From contig DATJBS010000011.1 of assembly GCA_035515235.1 (NCBI GenBank), positions 5,288-69,287 on the forward strand: a DNA stretch of 64,000 nucleotides, in the 5' to 3' direction. Position 1 is the stretch's first letter. The number at the start of each line of letters is the position of its first letter. Made by a program: the position numbers and the translations under genes. The DNA comes from Chitinophagales bacterium. Lineage in GTDB: Bacteria; Bacteroidota; Bacteroidia; Chitinophagales; JADIYW01. Shown here piece by piece: positions 10,905 to 19,186 of this stretch. Below the pieces are notes generated by a model. The model made no database searches and was not told the DNA's origin. It saw only the letters and a list, made by a program, of their open reading frames with translations.

Positions 10905-11561
10905 GCTGTATTTATTCAATTCGTCTTCAATATCTTTCATTAAAAATATTAACTCTAAGAACATAATATGTTCATAGATATCAGTGCCATTTGATGAATA
11001 ACCAAATTTAAGTCCTTTCCAAGTTATGTTATCAATGCTTTTATTGTTAATTGTCACTTTGAAATTGTGTGCTAAGGCATTACGTATAATCCATCCAAAT
11101 TGAAATAAATCATTCCACTTCGTTTGGTCTTTTCCAAACTGTTTGATAATTTTTTCTTTTATTTTTTCCCAAAATTGAATATATGTAGCTTGACCGAGCG
11201 ATAAGAAAACTTTCACAAATCCATTTATTGACTCAATCATTTCTACTTGGTCATCAAATGATTTTTCCTTGTGATGGATTTTTATACTTTCAGGCCATTG
11301 ATTTTAAATTAAGTACTTATATATGTCGATTGGGAAAAAGTAGTAAATCTTGTTTGTGGCTTTTTGTCGTCCTTCGAAAAATAAGTAATGTCCATCTTTG
11401 TAAGGAGTAGCTTGAGTCATATATGAGTCAATAAGGAAATTAGTTGAACAAAGACCTGCTAAGAATGAAACTGCACCGTCAAAAAAAATGTAAGATTTGT
11501 CAATTTGAGTAAACTCAATTTTGTCTTCGGGATTTACATCGAATAATTCGTGAGTCGTCAT
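10899..11561 (-). pseudogene. HEPN-like (RNxxxH) protein split by one in-frame TAA; track ORFs 11304..11561 and 10899..11240
   Basis: Both ORFs are in the same frame (663 nt in total). The only stop between them is TAA at 11306-11304, and the 21 codons after it are open (NQWPESIKIHHKEKSFDDQVE, then MIESING...). The C-terminal part carries WIIRNALAHNF, an Rx4H motif. Confidence 0.5.
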
Positions 11562-11689
11562 TTTCTAGAATAAATTACATAGCAATTATAATATGATAAG
11601 ATGATGATTTTTAAACATTTCCTGTCAGCAAAGAAAATGATATAAAATACAAAGCTTTATTTTAATCAAGTAGTCACTAATTTCATTTA

Positions 11690-11760
11690 GGTGCTGTTAT
11701 ACTTTCGTGCTTTCTGTCATGAATATGATTTGGTAAATCTATGCAATCATATTGTTAATC
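11690..11760 (-). repeat. attC-family element, degenerate
   Basis: The ORF stop codon lies inside GATTAAC. This is followed by a 9-bp inverted repeat (AATATGATT...AATCATATT), the family core GAAAGCACGAAAG, and a second GTATAACAGCAC box. No clear GTT end was found. Confidence 0.35.
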
Positions 11761-12915
11761 CCACTTATAATAAATACAGTCAAGTAAAGCAACTCTATAA
11801 TTGTAAATTTTAAGTTCCGATTTTTGCATTGATTTATTTTGTTTACTCCAATCAGAATTAATGAATGGCTCAACAATTAAATCCCAATAAGTTTCATAGT
11901 TGACTTTACTTTTATTGATTTGCAACTCTTTGCACATTGCATTTTGATTCTTTCCATTGAAGTTAATAAAATAATCCGGTCTCCACAAACAAAGCATTCT
12001 TGATGCACAAGCAAGTTCTTTTTGCGATGATACTTTTTGAAACTCTTTAATAAAATTTAGATAATCGGATTTAGTCACTTCACCTTTCTTTGGAATTTTA
12101 CTTAGTGCGTTTGTAATTATTTCTGGCTTTTCAATCACTGAGTTTTTGAAATACCCTCTTGCATTAGTAGTTCCAAAGCAACCAATGTCAACACCATGTT
12201 CTTCCTTTTCACCACTTCCAAAACCTGCAATTGATTTACGAGTTTGCAAATTTATTTTATGAAATTGTTCTTGCTTACTAAACTCATTCTTTACCCAATC
12301 TAAAAAACGAATTGATCCTTTATAATCTTCTTGCTTTAATTCGGTTAAATATTCTTTCCATGTTTTTTCATATACAGGTTGTCTAATTCCTTTTAAAGGA
12401 AGTTTAGGAACATAAGTTTTTACTTTCTTTTTTCGCTTTGTGTATTCTTTGACATATTCTTTGGTCAAGATTTTTCCTTTACTCCATTGTTCGTCTATAA
12501 AGAGCACGATGCTTTTATAAAAATCACTTTCTGATTTGTCTGCCGAAGAAATTAAAACAGATGCCTCGGTATTATTTGTGAAAGCCGAAGAAGTATAATT
12601 TGCACTTCCAATTAATAACTCCCAATCAGTTGCACTATTGGTAAACAAATAAAGTTTAGGATGATAAGTTCCTTTTGTTTGGTCTATAAATCTAACTCCT
12701 TGATGATTGTAAAACTTCTCAAGAAAACCTAGATGTGTTCCGAAAAATTGTAAGCCGACACATATCTTTATAATTTTAGCTTTCTTAATCACCAACAAAT
12801 TACTCATCTCGAAATTAAAGTCAGCCCAAGCAACTGTCCATAGGTATTGATCGTAGTTTAACATTAGTCGCTTAAATTCTTTTGTTAATTCAGTTGTCGT
12901 ACCGATTAGTTTCAT
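11755..12915 (-). CDS. PLD-superfamily (single HKD motif) nuclease-like protein with uncharacterised C-terminal domain
   Basis: 386 aa. GTYHPKLYLF...LLIGSANYTSSAF matches the HxK...GSxN pattern of Nuc/BfiI-type PLD nucleases. The C-terminal ~230 aa were not recognised. Confidence 0.6.
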   Translation of the reverse strand: MKLIGTTTELTKEFKRLMLNYDQYLWTVAWADFNFEMSNLLVIKKAKIIKICVGLQFFGTHLGFLEKFYNHQGVRFIDQTKGTYHPKLYLFTNSATDWELLIGSANYTSSAFTNNTEASVLISSADKSESDFYKSIVLFIDEQWSKGKILTKEYVKEYTKRKKKVKTYVPKLPLKGIRQPVYEKTWKEYLTELKQEDYKGSIRFLDWVKNEFSKQEQFHKINLQTRKSIAGFGSGEKEEHGVDIGCFGTTNARGYFKNSVIEKPEIITNALSKIPKKGEVTKSDYLNFIKEFQKVSSQKELACASRMLCLWRPDYFINFNGKNQNAMCKELQINKSKVNYETYWDLIVEPFINSDWSKQNKSMQKSELKIYNYRVALLDCIYYKWD

Positions 12916-12962
12916 ATTATTTTTTTTATCTTAAATCTTAATTTATATCGTTAAATATGTCT

Positions 12963-13106
12963 TAATAACTAGACTGTTATCGACTGAGGCTATGGGCTAC
13001 CTGCTATTTGCAGGAGTATTCAATATCTCACAGCGACGAAGTGAATGCGGGCGCAGAGCCTGCAAAAATACTTCAGCTAGCAGTTGGACATAGGCACGTG
13101 TTAAGG
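12963..13106 (-). repeat. attC-family element, degenerate, in a 416-bp ORF-free gap
   Basis: Minus-strand reading gives CCTTAAC-ACGTG..., then TATTTTTGCAGGC, which pairs with CCTGCAAATA, then ...GTTATTA. It is locally GC-richer than its surroundings. A separate TTTGTCAAC box lies at 13230..13238. Confidence 0.4.
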
Positions 13107-13331
13107 GTTGTGTATGCAATAGAACTACAGGAGGGCATGAACATTGGACTAGGTTTGATTTGAAAAGACCAATTACTATATTGATCCAATTCCTGAATTT
13201 ATCATTAAAAATGCTTTGACTAATTTAGGGTTGACAAAAAGGGATTTTATTGATTGGATATAATTCAACTGTAAAATTACTAGTTAATTTTATTAATGAA
13301 TTGTCTCTACCCGAATTGATTCATTAGTAGT

Positions 13332-14003
13332 TTAAATTATTGATTTTATATTGATCTCTATAATTGTCATACGACCATCATCGTAAGTATTAATAATATT
13401 CTTTGATTGTGCTAAGAGACTTCCATGAATTATATTCTTTGGGTCTAGGTAAATTACATAACCATTGTCTACTTTCTCCATATGTTCTCTTTTTGTAATT
13501 CCAGCAAGTAAATAATTGTTTAATAAAAGGTCTTTATTTTTATTATTAATATCTCTATTATATTGGGTTAATATATTATTTCCATTGCCGTCTTGAATAC
13601 CTTGTATAACTTTTGTTTCAATATAGTTTACTATGAAATCTAATTCTCCGATAAATTGATTTAAAAAGAACCCTATAGTAGTTGTCTCTTTTAATGTATC
13701 ATAATATCGGATTCTATAAGCATCACCAAGAATTTTCAGAAACCGTTCGTCTATTTTTTTTGTGATGTCAAAGTAGCAATCAGATAGTAATTCTTGTATT
13801 TTATCCAATTTATCTAAATGAACTCCCATTTCCTTTTTCTCTTTTCCATGAAATGCTAAGATTGCTTTTAAATATTTTTCTACAGCAGTACTTGCAAGAG
13901 TCACGCCTTGTATGATGTATCCACCATGAATCAAATATCTAGCAGAAATGTAATCATTATAACCTAATGAGATTAATGAAACAGCTTTAGAGTTATTATC
14001 CAT
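13332..14003 (-). CDS. HEPN domain protein with extra C-terminal domain
   Basis: 223 aa. YNDYISARYL...ASTAVEKYLKAIL...GVHLDKL...AYRIRYYD follows the classical HEPN helix pattern (QAxEKxLKA, HxL, RYP-like). No MNT partner is adjacent. Confidence 0.65.
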   Translation of the reverse strand: MDNNSKAVSLISLGYNDYISARYLIHGGYIIQGVTLASTAVEKYLKAILAFHGKEKKEMGVHLDKLDKIQELLSDCYFDITKKIDERFLKILGDAYRIRYYDTLKETTTIGFFLNQFIGELDFIVNYIETKVIQGIQDGNGNNILTQYNRDINNKNKDLLLNNYLLAGITKREHMEKVDNGYVIYLDPKNIIHGSLLAQSKNIINTYDDGRMTIIEINIKSII

Positions 14004-14032
14004 ATTGTGAAAATTATAGAAGCATAAAAAAA

Positions 14033-14165
14033 CTTGTCAACGTTTTGGCACTTGGCATGAAGCGGATTTGAAATCACAAAACTGTCTGCCTACACTAACT
14101 TGATACGAAGCACAAAGCTTCATTTGACCACAGAACCGCCAATTTCTTGTAGGAGCTGTTATAGC
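14033..14165 (-). repeat. attC-like imperfect palindrome
   Basis: Minus-strand reading gives GCTATAAC 6 nt after the stop, then ...AAATTGGCGGTT ... AATCCGC..GCCAAAAC-GTTGACAAG. The arms are cttgtcaacgttttggcac.. (14033-) and ..aaccgccaatttcttgtaggagctgttatagc (-14165). Confidence 0.7.
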
Positions 14166-14171
14166 TTGTGT

Positions 14172-14945
14172 TTATTCTAGTTCATGCATTAAAAGGTCGT
14201 CAGGATATACTGGTGTCAATTCATAATCGTCGGAATCTTTATTTATGTACATTGCTTTTTTAGTAGCCATGCCCCAGTCTCCGAGAAACTTCTTTCTATA
14301 TCTAGCAAGGGTAAAGAAAACTGTAACATTTTCAGACCAGTCTTTAATAAAAGAAGAGTCCTTATATGTATTAATTCTCAAAGCAATATTTGCATCAACA
14401 TCTAACTCGCTACCAGTTTGTAAGCCTTTTACATCTCCTTCAATTACCAATGAAGCAGACTGTGAGTTTGATTGCATTATTAATGCTCGTTTAGCAACTG
14501 TCACAGATGTTACTATAAAGCAGTTTTTCCAGTCTATTGAGTTTTTGTGTGGTTCCAATTGTTGTTCTAAATTGGATGTGTCAACAATAGAATTGACTTT
14601 ACAATCAACAGCAGCAAAATATGTTGCTCCTTCTTTATTAAAATTTATTTCGAGTTTTCCTTTTCCTACGGTTGCTGCATTAGCGTCCGCAGTAAAGCTG
14701 ACTCCAACAGATCCTTTACTTGCATATAAATACGGATCTGGATCTGAGTCATCTTGTTCTTGAAAGGTAACTCCCAAGCTTGAAAGTTTAGAAATAGGGT
14801 CAAATGATCCAATAGGTCTAGGCTTGACAAAACCTTTTCCAAAAGTAATGACGTCACCTACACTAACTGGTGTTCCTGGTAGAAATACTGGGATTTTATC
14901 AAGCTCCTTGATAATCTCTTTGCAATAGTCTTTAACTAAACTCAT
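14172..14945 (-). CDS. gasdermin-like (candidate pore-forming) protein
   Basis: 257 aa, no signal peptide, beta-rich. It has an N-terminal helix followed by PVFLPGTPVSVGDV. The segments CFIVTSVTVAKRALIMQSNSQSASLVIEGDV and NVTVFFTLARYRKKF resemble gasdermin N-domain strands as I recall them. The C-terminal tail of ~35 aa is acidic. This is pattern recognition only. Confidence 0.4.
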   Translation of the reverse strand: MSLVKDYCKEIIKELDKIPVFLPGTPVSVGDVITFGKGFVKPRPIGSFDPISKLSSLGVTFQEQDDSDPDPYLYASKGSVGVSFTADANAATVGKGKLEINFNKEGATYFAAVDCKVNSIVDTSNLEQQLEPHKNSIDWKNCFIVTSVTVAKRALIMQSNSQSASLVIEGDVKGLQTGSELDVDANIALRINTYKDSSFIKDWSENVTVFFTLARYRKKFLGDWGMATKKAMYINKDSDDYELTPVYPDDLLMHELE

Positions 14946-14956
14946 GATTTTAAATT

Positions 14957-15616
14957 TTAATTGTTATTAATTGATTGATTATTTTCTATTTGATTTTCTT
15001 TCGCAATTTCTTCAATAATGTCACCAATCACATACGGTGGTTCGCGATATGCTATTTTAAGATTTGAATCGCTGTGAGGATGGTTCAAACCAATTCTGTG
15101 AGATATTTCATGTGCTATTGTATTTGAAATACTGGGTGGATTTCTATTTTTTAATGGCACTCTATTGAACAATATAGGTCCATACTCGGTACCATCATAA
15201 GCTATATTACCATAAATTAAGTTAAGCCATAGCCCTTTTACTCCACCATAAGTATCAGCAGAAGTTCCATTAATATTTTCTCGCATTTTTTGAACAACAT
15301 CTTTCGCAACAACCCCTTCCCAAGCTTTAGTATGTTCACCCGTTCCTAAACTGTCCTTTATGTAATTCGTCAATAATGTCTCAAATTTTTCAGAATAAAC
15401 TGATTTTATTGTCAGATTTACTGCAAGTTTGAAATCATCAATCTTTTTACAAGGCATTTTTGACTCAGCGAAAGTAATTTCCTTGCCATCTAATTTATAG
15501 GTGATTTTTGGAACTTCACATAATGAAGTACATGATGAAATTGTTATCAGTACTCCTATACCTGCAATTATCGTAATTTTTTTTTCCTTCATTTTCATTG
15601 TTGTCTTTTTTAACAT
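14957..15616 (-). CDS. zinc metallopeptidase (metzincin-type HExxHxxGxxH), predicted lipoprotein
   Basis: 219 aa. HEISHRIGLNHPH motif. The N-terminus KKITIIAGIGVLITISSC looks like a lipoprotein signal. An 11-nt gap separates it from the downstream ORF. Confidence 0.6.
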   Translation of the reverse strand: MLKKTTMKMKEKKITIIAGIGVLITISSCTSLCEVPKITYKLDGKEITFAESKMPCKKIDDFKLAVNLTIKSVYSEKFETLLTNYIKDSLGTGEHTKAWEGVVAKDVVQKMRENINGTSADTYGGVKGLWLNLIYGNIAYDGTEYGPILFNRVPLKNRNPPSISNTIAHEISHRIGLNHPHSDSNLKIAYREPPYVIGDIIEEIAKENQIENNQSINNN

Positions 15617-15617
15617 A

Positions 15618-15754
15618 GGCTATAACGTTTTGCAGATTTGCGATGGGCGGGCTTTTTACCACAAATGTTGATGCGGAGCACAAAACTTTCGGCTACCACT
15701 ACACTGTCTGCGGAGAACGAAACCCCGCCTATTGCAAATGTGCTGTTAGCAGTA
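15618..15754 (-). repeat. attC-like imperfect palindrome
   Basis: Arms are ggctataacgttttgcagatttgcgatgggcggg (15618-) and ccccgcctattgcaaatgtgctgttagcag (-15752). The inner stems ATTTGCRATRGGCGGG pair 14/16 with a bulge next to the boxes. The AAC box lies 7 nt after the stop, and the GTT box lies 1 nt before the next ATG. Confidence 0.75.
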
Positions 15755-15760
15755 GGCATT

Positions 15761-16750
15761 CTATTTCTTGTCATCAAAGTAATTCTGTTTCCCAATCTTT
15801 CCTTTGACATAGTCGAGGTAGTTGTCGTCATTCTGTTTGTCGTTGTCAACTCTTGTCATTCCAACATTTAAATTTATTTGCTCACTTTCAAGGTCGTAAA
15901 TTACTTTGCTGATTGCTTGTTGTTTTAGATAGTACTTATATGAAATTTCTTCAACTTCTGCTAATGTAATCTCGGAAATAATAAATCTATGAATTACTCT
16001 ATTTCTTTCATCATAGAGAACATATAGTTCGTCAAATGTTGATTGGTCTATAATTCCTAAATCGAGTGCTTTTTTGTAAATATCTTTTTCTGATTTTTTC
16101 TTATCAGTTAGTCCTTGATAAATCCATTCGACTTCAATTTCACTATTGTTATTTGTTATTTGGTTTTTCAGAACGATACCAATTCTTAAAAGTGCATCAA
16201 TTTGACTTGCTAAAAGACAAGTAGCTTCAATGAAGGCTTTGTTTTCTATTGCTTTACTGAGAATTAAAGCAGTCGCACCAACTCCTTGCAAAAACATATC
16301 AAATCTATATGAGTTTATCACGTCAATACTTTTCCCATCTTCTATCGGTTTAAATTCTTTCAATATTGAATGAACGGTTTCCACTTTCTCGGATATTGTT
16401 CGACTGTCAAGGTCTTTGTCCGGATTGTTGGGATGTGTTAAAGTAAAAATCACTGATTTATCCCCTAATTGCTTTAACCAAGTTTTGGTCGTGAATTCCA
16501 TATCGCCACTATCAGGTAACTTATAAAAATCAAAGTCTCCAATTTTTTCAACTGTTAATGATTTGGTTAAGTTTTGAAAGTTCTTTTTCTTTTCTTCGGT
16601 GTCCAATGAATTTATTGATAGTTGGAATGCATCTGATTTCCAAATTTCATATTCCTGAAAAGTATGTACTTTTCCATTCTTAATTGAATGTTTCCAAGTC
16701 GTCGGAACTTTAATTTCGAAAGTTCCTTTTTCGTCTATAAATCGTTTCAT
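15761..16750 (-). CDS. two-domain protein with C-terminal HEPN-like RNxxxH motif
   Basis: 329 aa. The C-terminal helical region contains YDERNRVIHRFI (Rx4H). The N-terminal ~150 aa were not recognised. Confidence 0.45.
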   Translation of the reverse strand: MKRFIDEKGTFEIKVPTTWKHSIKNGKVHTFQEYEIWKSDAFQLSINSLDTEEKKKNFQNLTKSLTVEKIGDFDFYKLPDSGDMEFTTKTWLKQLGDKSVIFTLTHPNNPDKDLDSRTISEKVETVHSILKEFKPIEDGKSIDVINSYRFDMFLQGVGATALILSKAIENKAFIEATCLLASQIDALLRIGIVLKNQITNNNSEIEVEWIYQGLTDKKKSEKDIYKKALDLGIIDQSTFDELYVLYDERNRVIHRFIISEITLAEVEEISYKYYLKQQAISKVIYDLESEQINLNVGMTRVDNDKQNDDNYLDYVKGKIGKQNYFDDKK

Positions 16751-16775
16751 TGTCTTTTGTGTCGGTTATTATGCT

Positions 16776-16925
16776 TACTGCTAACTTGTCTATACACGCT
16801 ACATCGTTGTACATATACAACCCACGTCAAACGGATTTGAGATACTTCATCTCGTATTATCTTTTAAAAATAGCTAATTATTTATTCACAAATTAGTGAA
16901 AATTATATTCTGAATATAGTTTATT
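16776..16925 (-). repeat. attC-family element (GTT-box arm clear, AAC box uncertain)
   Basis: Minus-strand reading gives ...TCAAATCCG..GGGTTGTATATGTACAACGATGTAGCGTGTATAGACAAGTTAGCAGTA. This arm is homologous to the arm at 21710..21756. A possible AATAAAC box lies at 16919..16925. Confidence 0.5.
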
Positions 16926-16961
16926 GGTTATTATTTAAAATCAAGTTTTAAATCTAGATGC

Positions 16962-17627
16962 TCAATTATTCTCCTTCTCAAATTCTTCAATTTCTTTGTA
17001 AAATTGAATGGCTTTTTCTACAGATTTTCCGCCTGAACCTGCTATTAAATTTCTAAACCATTTTTTGTTTAAGTTTTCAGGAGTATGGTTTTTGTACAGC
17101 CAAAAAGAAAGATAAGTAAAACTGCCTGTCATCAGAATCTGAAAGATGATGTACGGCCATCCTACATCTTGCGGAAACCAATTTTTGCTCAAATAGAAGG
17201 TGGTAAAAAATGGAAATTGTAAACACATCCATTTGCCGTGGTCAATGATGGAAAGTTGAAGTCTTGATAATTGTTTCTGAATGTCCATTACACTGCCATC
17301 GTAATTTATATTTTTTGTCCAAACAAGATGTTTAATATAATCCGCAAACCCTTTTATATTGATGAATGCGATAGCAGAAACCGATACAATAAAATAATTG
17401 CTTGCCGAAGAGTAATTTGAAATAGCAAAAAATAAGGCATAGCCCAATAGGAGTAGGTAAAATACAAAAGCTATAATTCCTGCAGTTTTTAATTGAACCA
17501 AACCTTTTAAAGCAGATGCTGCCTTTCTGCCAATCGTCTCTTTTAAAAGCAATTGATTAATGGCCAATGTCTTTTCTATTTTGGCATTTTGCTCTTTCCA
17601 AATATTGATAAGTTCTAAATTTTCCAT
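16962..17627 (-). CDS. multi-pass membrane protein downstream of ECF sigma (anti-sigma-like by position)
   Basis: The start is set at the internal ATG at 17627 (MENLELINIWKEQ), which leaves one nucleotide (17628) between it and the sigma stop codon. About four hydrophobic segments. No recognised anti-sigma motif. Confidence 0.4.
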   Translation of the reverse strand: MENLELINIWKEQNAKIEKTLAINQLLLKETIGRKAASALKGLVQLKTAGIIAFVFYLLLLGYALFFAISNYSSASNYFIVSVSAIAFINIKGFADYIKHLVWTKNINYDGSVMDIQKQLSRLQLSIIDHGKWMCLQFPFFTTFYLSKNWFPQDVGWPYIIFQILMTGSFTYLSFWLYKNHTPENLNKKWFRNLIAGSGGKSVEKAIQFYKEIEEFEKENN

Positions 17628-17628
17628 T

Positions 17629-18141
17629 TTAGTGAGTTTTGACTTGATTGAATTCCTTGGTGATTTTGGTTTTAATTCTACTGATTTTTGTGGCCACATT
17701 GGTTTCGGTAATTCCGATGATTTCTGAAATTTCTTTATAACTTTTTTCTTCGAGGTATAGCAACATGAGCGCTTTATTCAAATCATTTAATTCTGAAATG
17801 ATATGATTCAATATTCCCAAATGAGTTTCTTTTTCATCTGATATTTCTGTGTCGGAAAAGTCAAAAATATCTGTTGTAATTGGGTTGGAGATTCTTTTTC
17901 TACTGTTTTCTTTCCTATAAAACGATATCGCTACATTAAGAGCAATTCGGTATATCCAAGTGGAATGTTTAAACTGTTCGTTGTAGTGATCAAATGATTT
18001 CCACAGCTGTAAAATAATTTCTTGAACGAGGTCTTTTCTATCTTCAAGATTCCGACAATAGGAGTTGGCGACTTTAAATAGAATGCCTTTGTGATGCTCC
18101 ATCACAACGAGAAAGTCGGCTGTCCTATCTTTGTCCATCAT
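17629..18141 (-). CDS. RNA polymerase ECF-type sigma-70 factor
   Basis: 170 aa. Region 2 is DLVQEIILQLWKSFDHYNEQFKHSTWIYRIALNVAISFYRK. Region 4 HTH is KSYKEISEIIGITETNVATKISRIK. Confidence 0.85.
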   Translation of the reverse strand: MMDKDRTADFLVVMEHHKGILFKVANSYCRNLEDRKDLVQEIILQLWKSFDHYNEQFKHSTWIYRIALNVAISFYRKENSRKRISNPITTDIFDFSDTEISDEKETHLGILNHIISELNDLNKALMLLYLEEKSYKEISEIIGITETNVATKISRIKTKITKEFNQVKTH

Positions 18142-18383
18142 CTTGTTGGTACGTTTGAAAACCTGTTTTAATTAAGCTAAACTGTTTGATATTATTGGTG
18201 TTTTTATTTTCCATTTTAGTTTGATTTTAAGATGAAGTATTGCTCTTTTCTTAATTATTCGCACAAGGACTATAAAAATCACACTTTTTTGAATAAAATT
18301 TTTCAGTGAAATAATAGGAATAAGTATTGATAAACTTTAGAGAAGATGTAAGAGGTGATTGATGTAGATAAAGAATGGTATTT

Positions 18384-18493
18384 GCTTTGTCGTGTTTCGC
18401 ATAAAATGTTGCGGACTTTCCAAGTTCAGTTTTAATTGGAGAGGTTTTTTCAGTAAAAACTGACTAAGCTATAGCTTATATACAGTGTTAGGC
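18384..18493 (-). repeat. attC-family element (canonical AAC box, distal end uncertain)
   Basis: GCCTAAC (a perfect RYYYAAC) lies 9 nt after the stop at 18487..18493 (plus strand gttaggc). Further along comes AAAGTCCGCAACATTTTATGCGAAAC, but no clear GTT box. Confidence 0.45.
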
Positions 18494-18502
18494 TACGTTA
18501 TT

Positions 18503-19183
18503 TTACATAACAAATTTATATATTTCTTTTACGTATTTTTCTCTTTGGTACCAATCGTTATAAACAAGCTCAAATTCATGTACTTTAAAAGTTCCAAAAT
18601 TGTATTTGATATTTTCATCTAAAAATTCTAATAATTTCTCTTTTTGACTTAATTCCGTTCTAAATCGAACAATAGTTGAGTGTGCTGTTTGTATTGAATA
18701 TCTTTTGTCTAAACTTTGTTCCAGATTAGAGCTTTTAAATTCTTTTCTCAGCCTGTCTCTTATATCATTTAGTTCATTATTATCCATAAACCCTTGAATC
18801 ATAATTCCAGAAGGTGAGGCAGTAATTCCTCTAAAAGAGATGTTTAGATCTTTCTTTTCTACAATGCATTTTTCAATTAATTCAATATACTTTGCTAAAT
18901 CAATCCTTTTAATGTCAAATCCATCATAACAAGAAATGATAGACATTACAGTAATATGAATGTCAGAGTTTGGATAATAATATTGATTCGGTTCAATTTT
19001 CTCAATTTCTTTGATAAATATTTGAATTTTTTCTTTTATCTCAATTGAAGGTCTTATCAAAAGCGTTATTCCAAACCTATTGTCTTTGTTAGAATCTATT
19101 AAATCGTCAATTTCGTAATTGTTGGAAGAGATTTTATCTATGGATTCATTATAGAGTTTTTTATAGTGGTTTTCTAAATTCAT
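18503..19183 (-). CDS. 2H phosphoesterase superfamily protein (LigT / cyclic phosphodiesterase-like)
   Basis: 226 aa with two HxT/S motifs, DIHITVMS and TAHSTIVRF. Confidence 0.7.
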   Translation of the reverse strand: MNLENHYKKLYNESIDKISSNNYEIDDLIDSNKDNRFGITLLIRPSIEIKEKIQIFIKEIEKIEPNQYYYPNSDIHITVMSIISCYDGFDIKRIDLAKYIELIEKCIVEKKDLNISFRGITASPSGIMIQGFMDNNELNDIRDRLRKEFKSSNLEQSLDKRYSIQTAHSTIVRFRTELSQKEKLLEFLDENIKYNFGTFKVHEFELVYNDWYQREKYVKEIYKFVM

Positions 19184-19186
19184 TCA

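Noticed and set aside
12970-13140. Locally GC-richer ORF-free patch, considered as a tRNA or small RNA gene
   Set aside because: No cloverleaf or conserved tRNA boxes could be drawn. The pairing segments (TATTTTTGCAGGC / CCTGCAAATA) and boxes are explained by a degenerate member of the attC-like family. Similar GC-richer patches at 14.05, 15.65, 19.65, 33.9 and 34.55 kb are the other family members.
14245-14763. 172-aa plus-strand ORF
   Set aside because: It is entirely nested antisense to the better-supported 257-aa minus-strand ORF. It has a serine/leucine-rich low-complexity composition and no upstream signals.
15610-15871. 79-aa and 77-aa ORFs on both strands
   Set aside because: Both run straight through the palindromic attC-like element 15618..15754 and overlap real gene ends. 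Their odd T/R/V-rich composition reflects the repeat, not coding.
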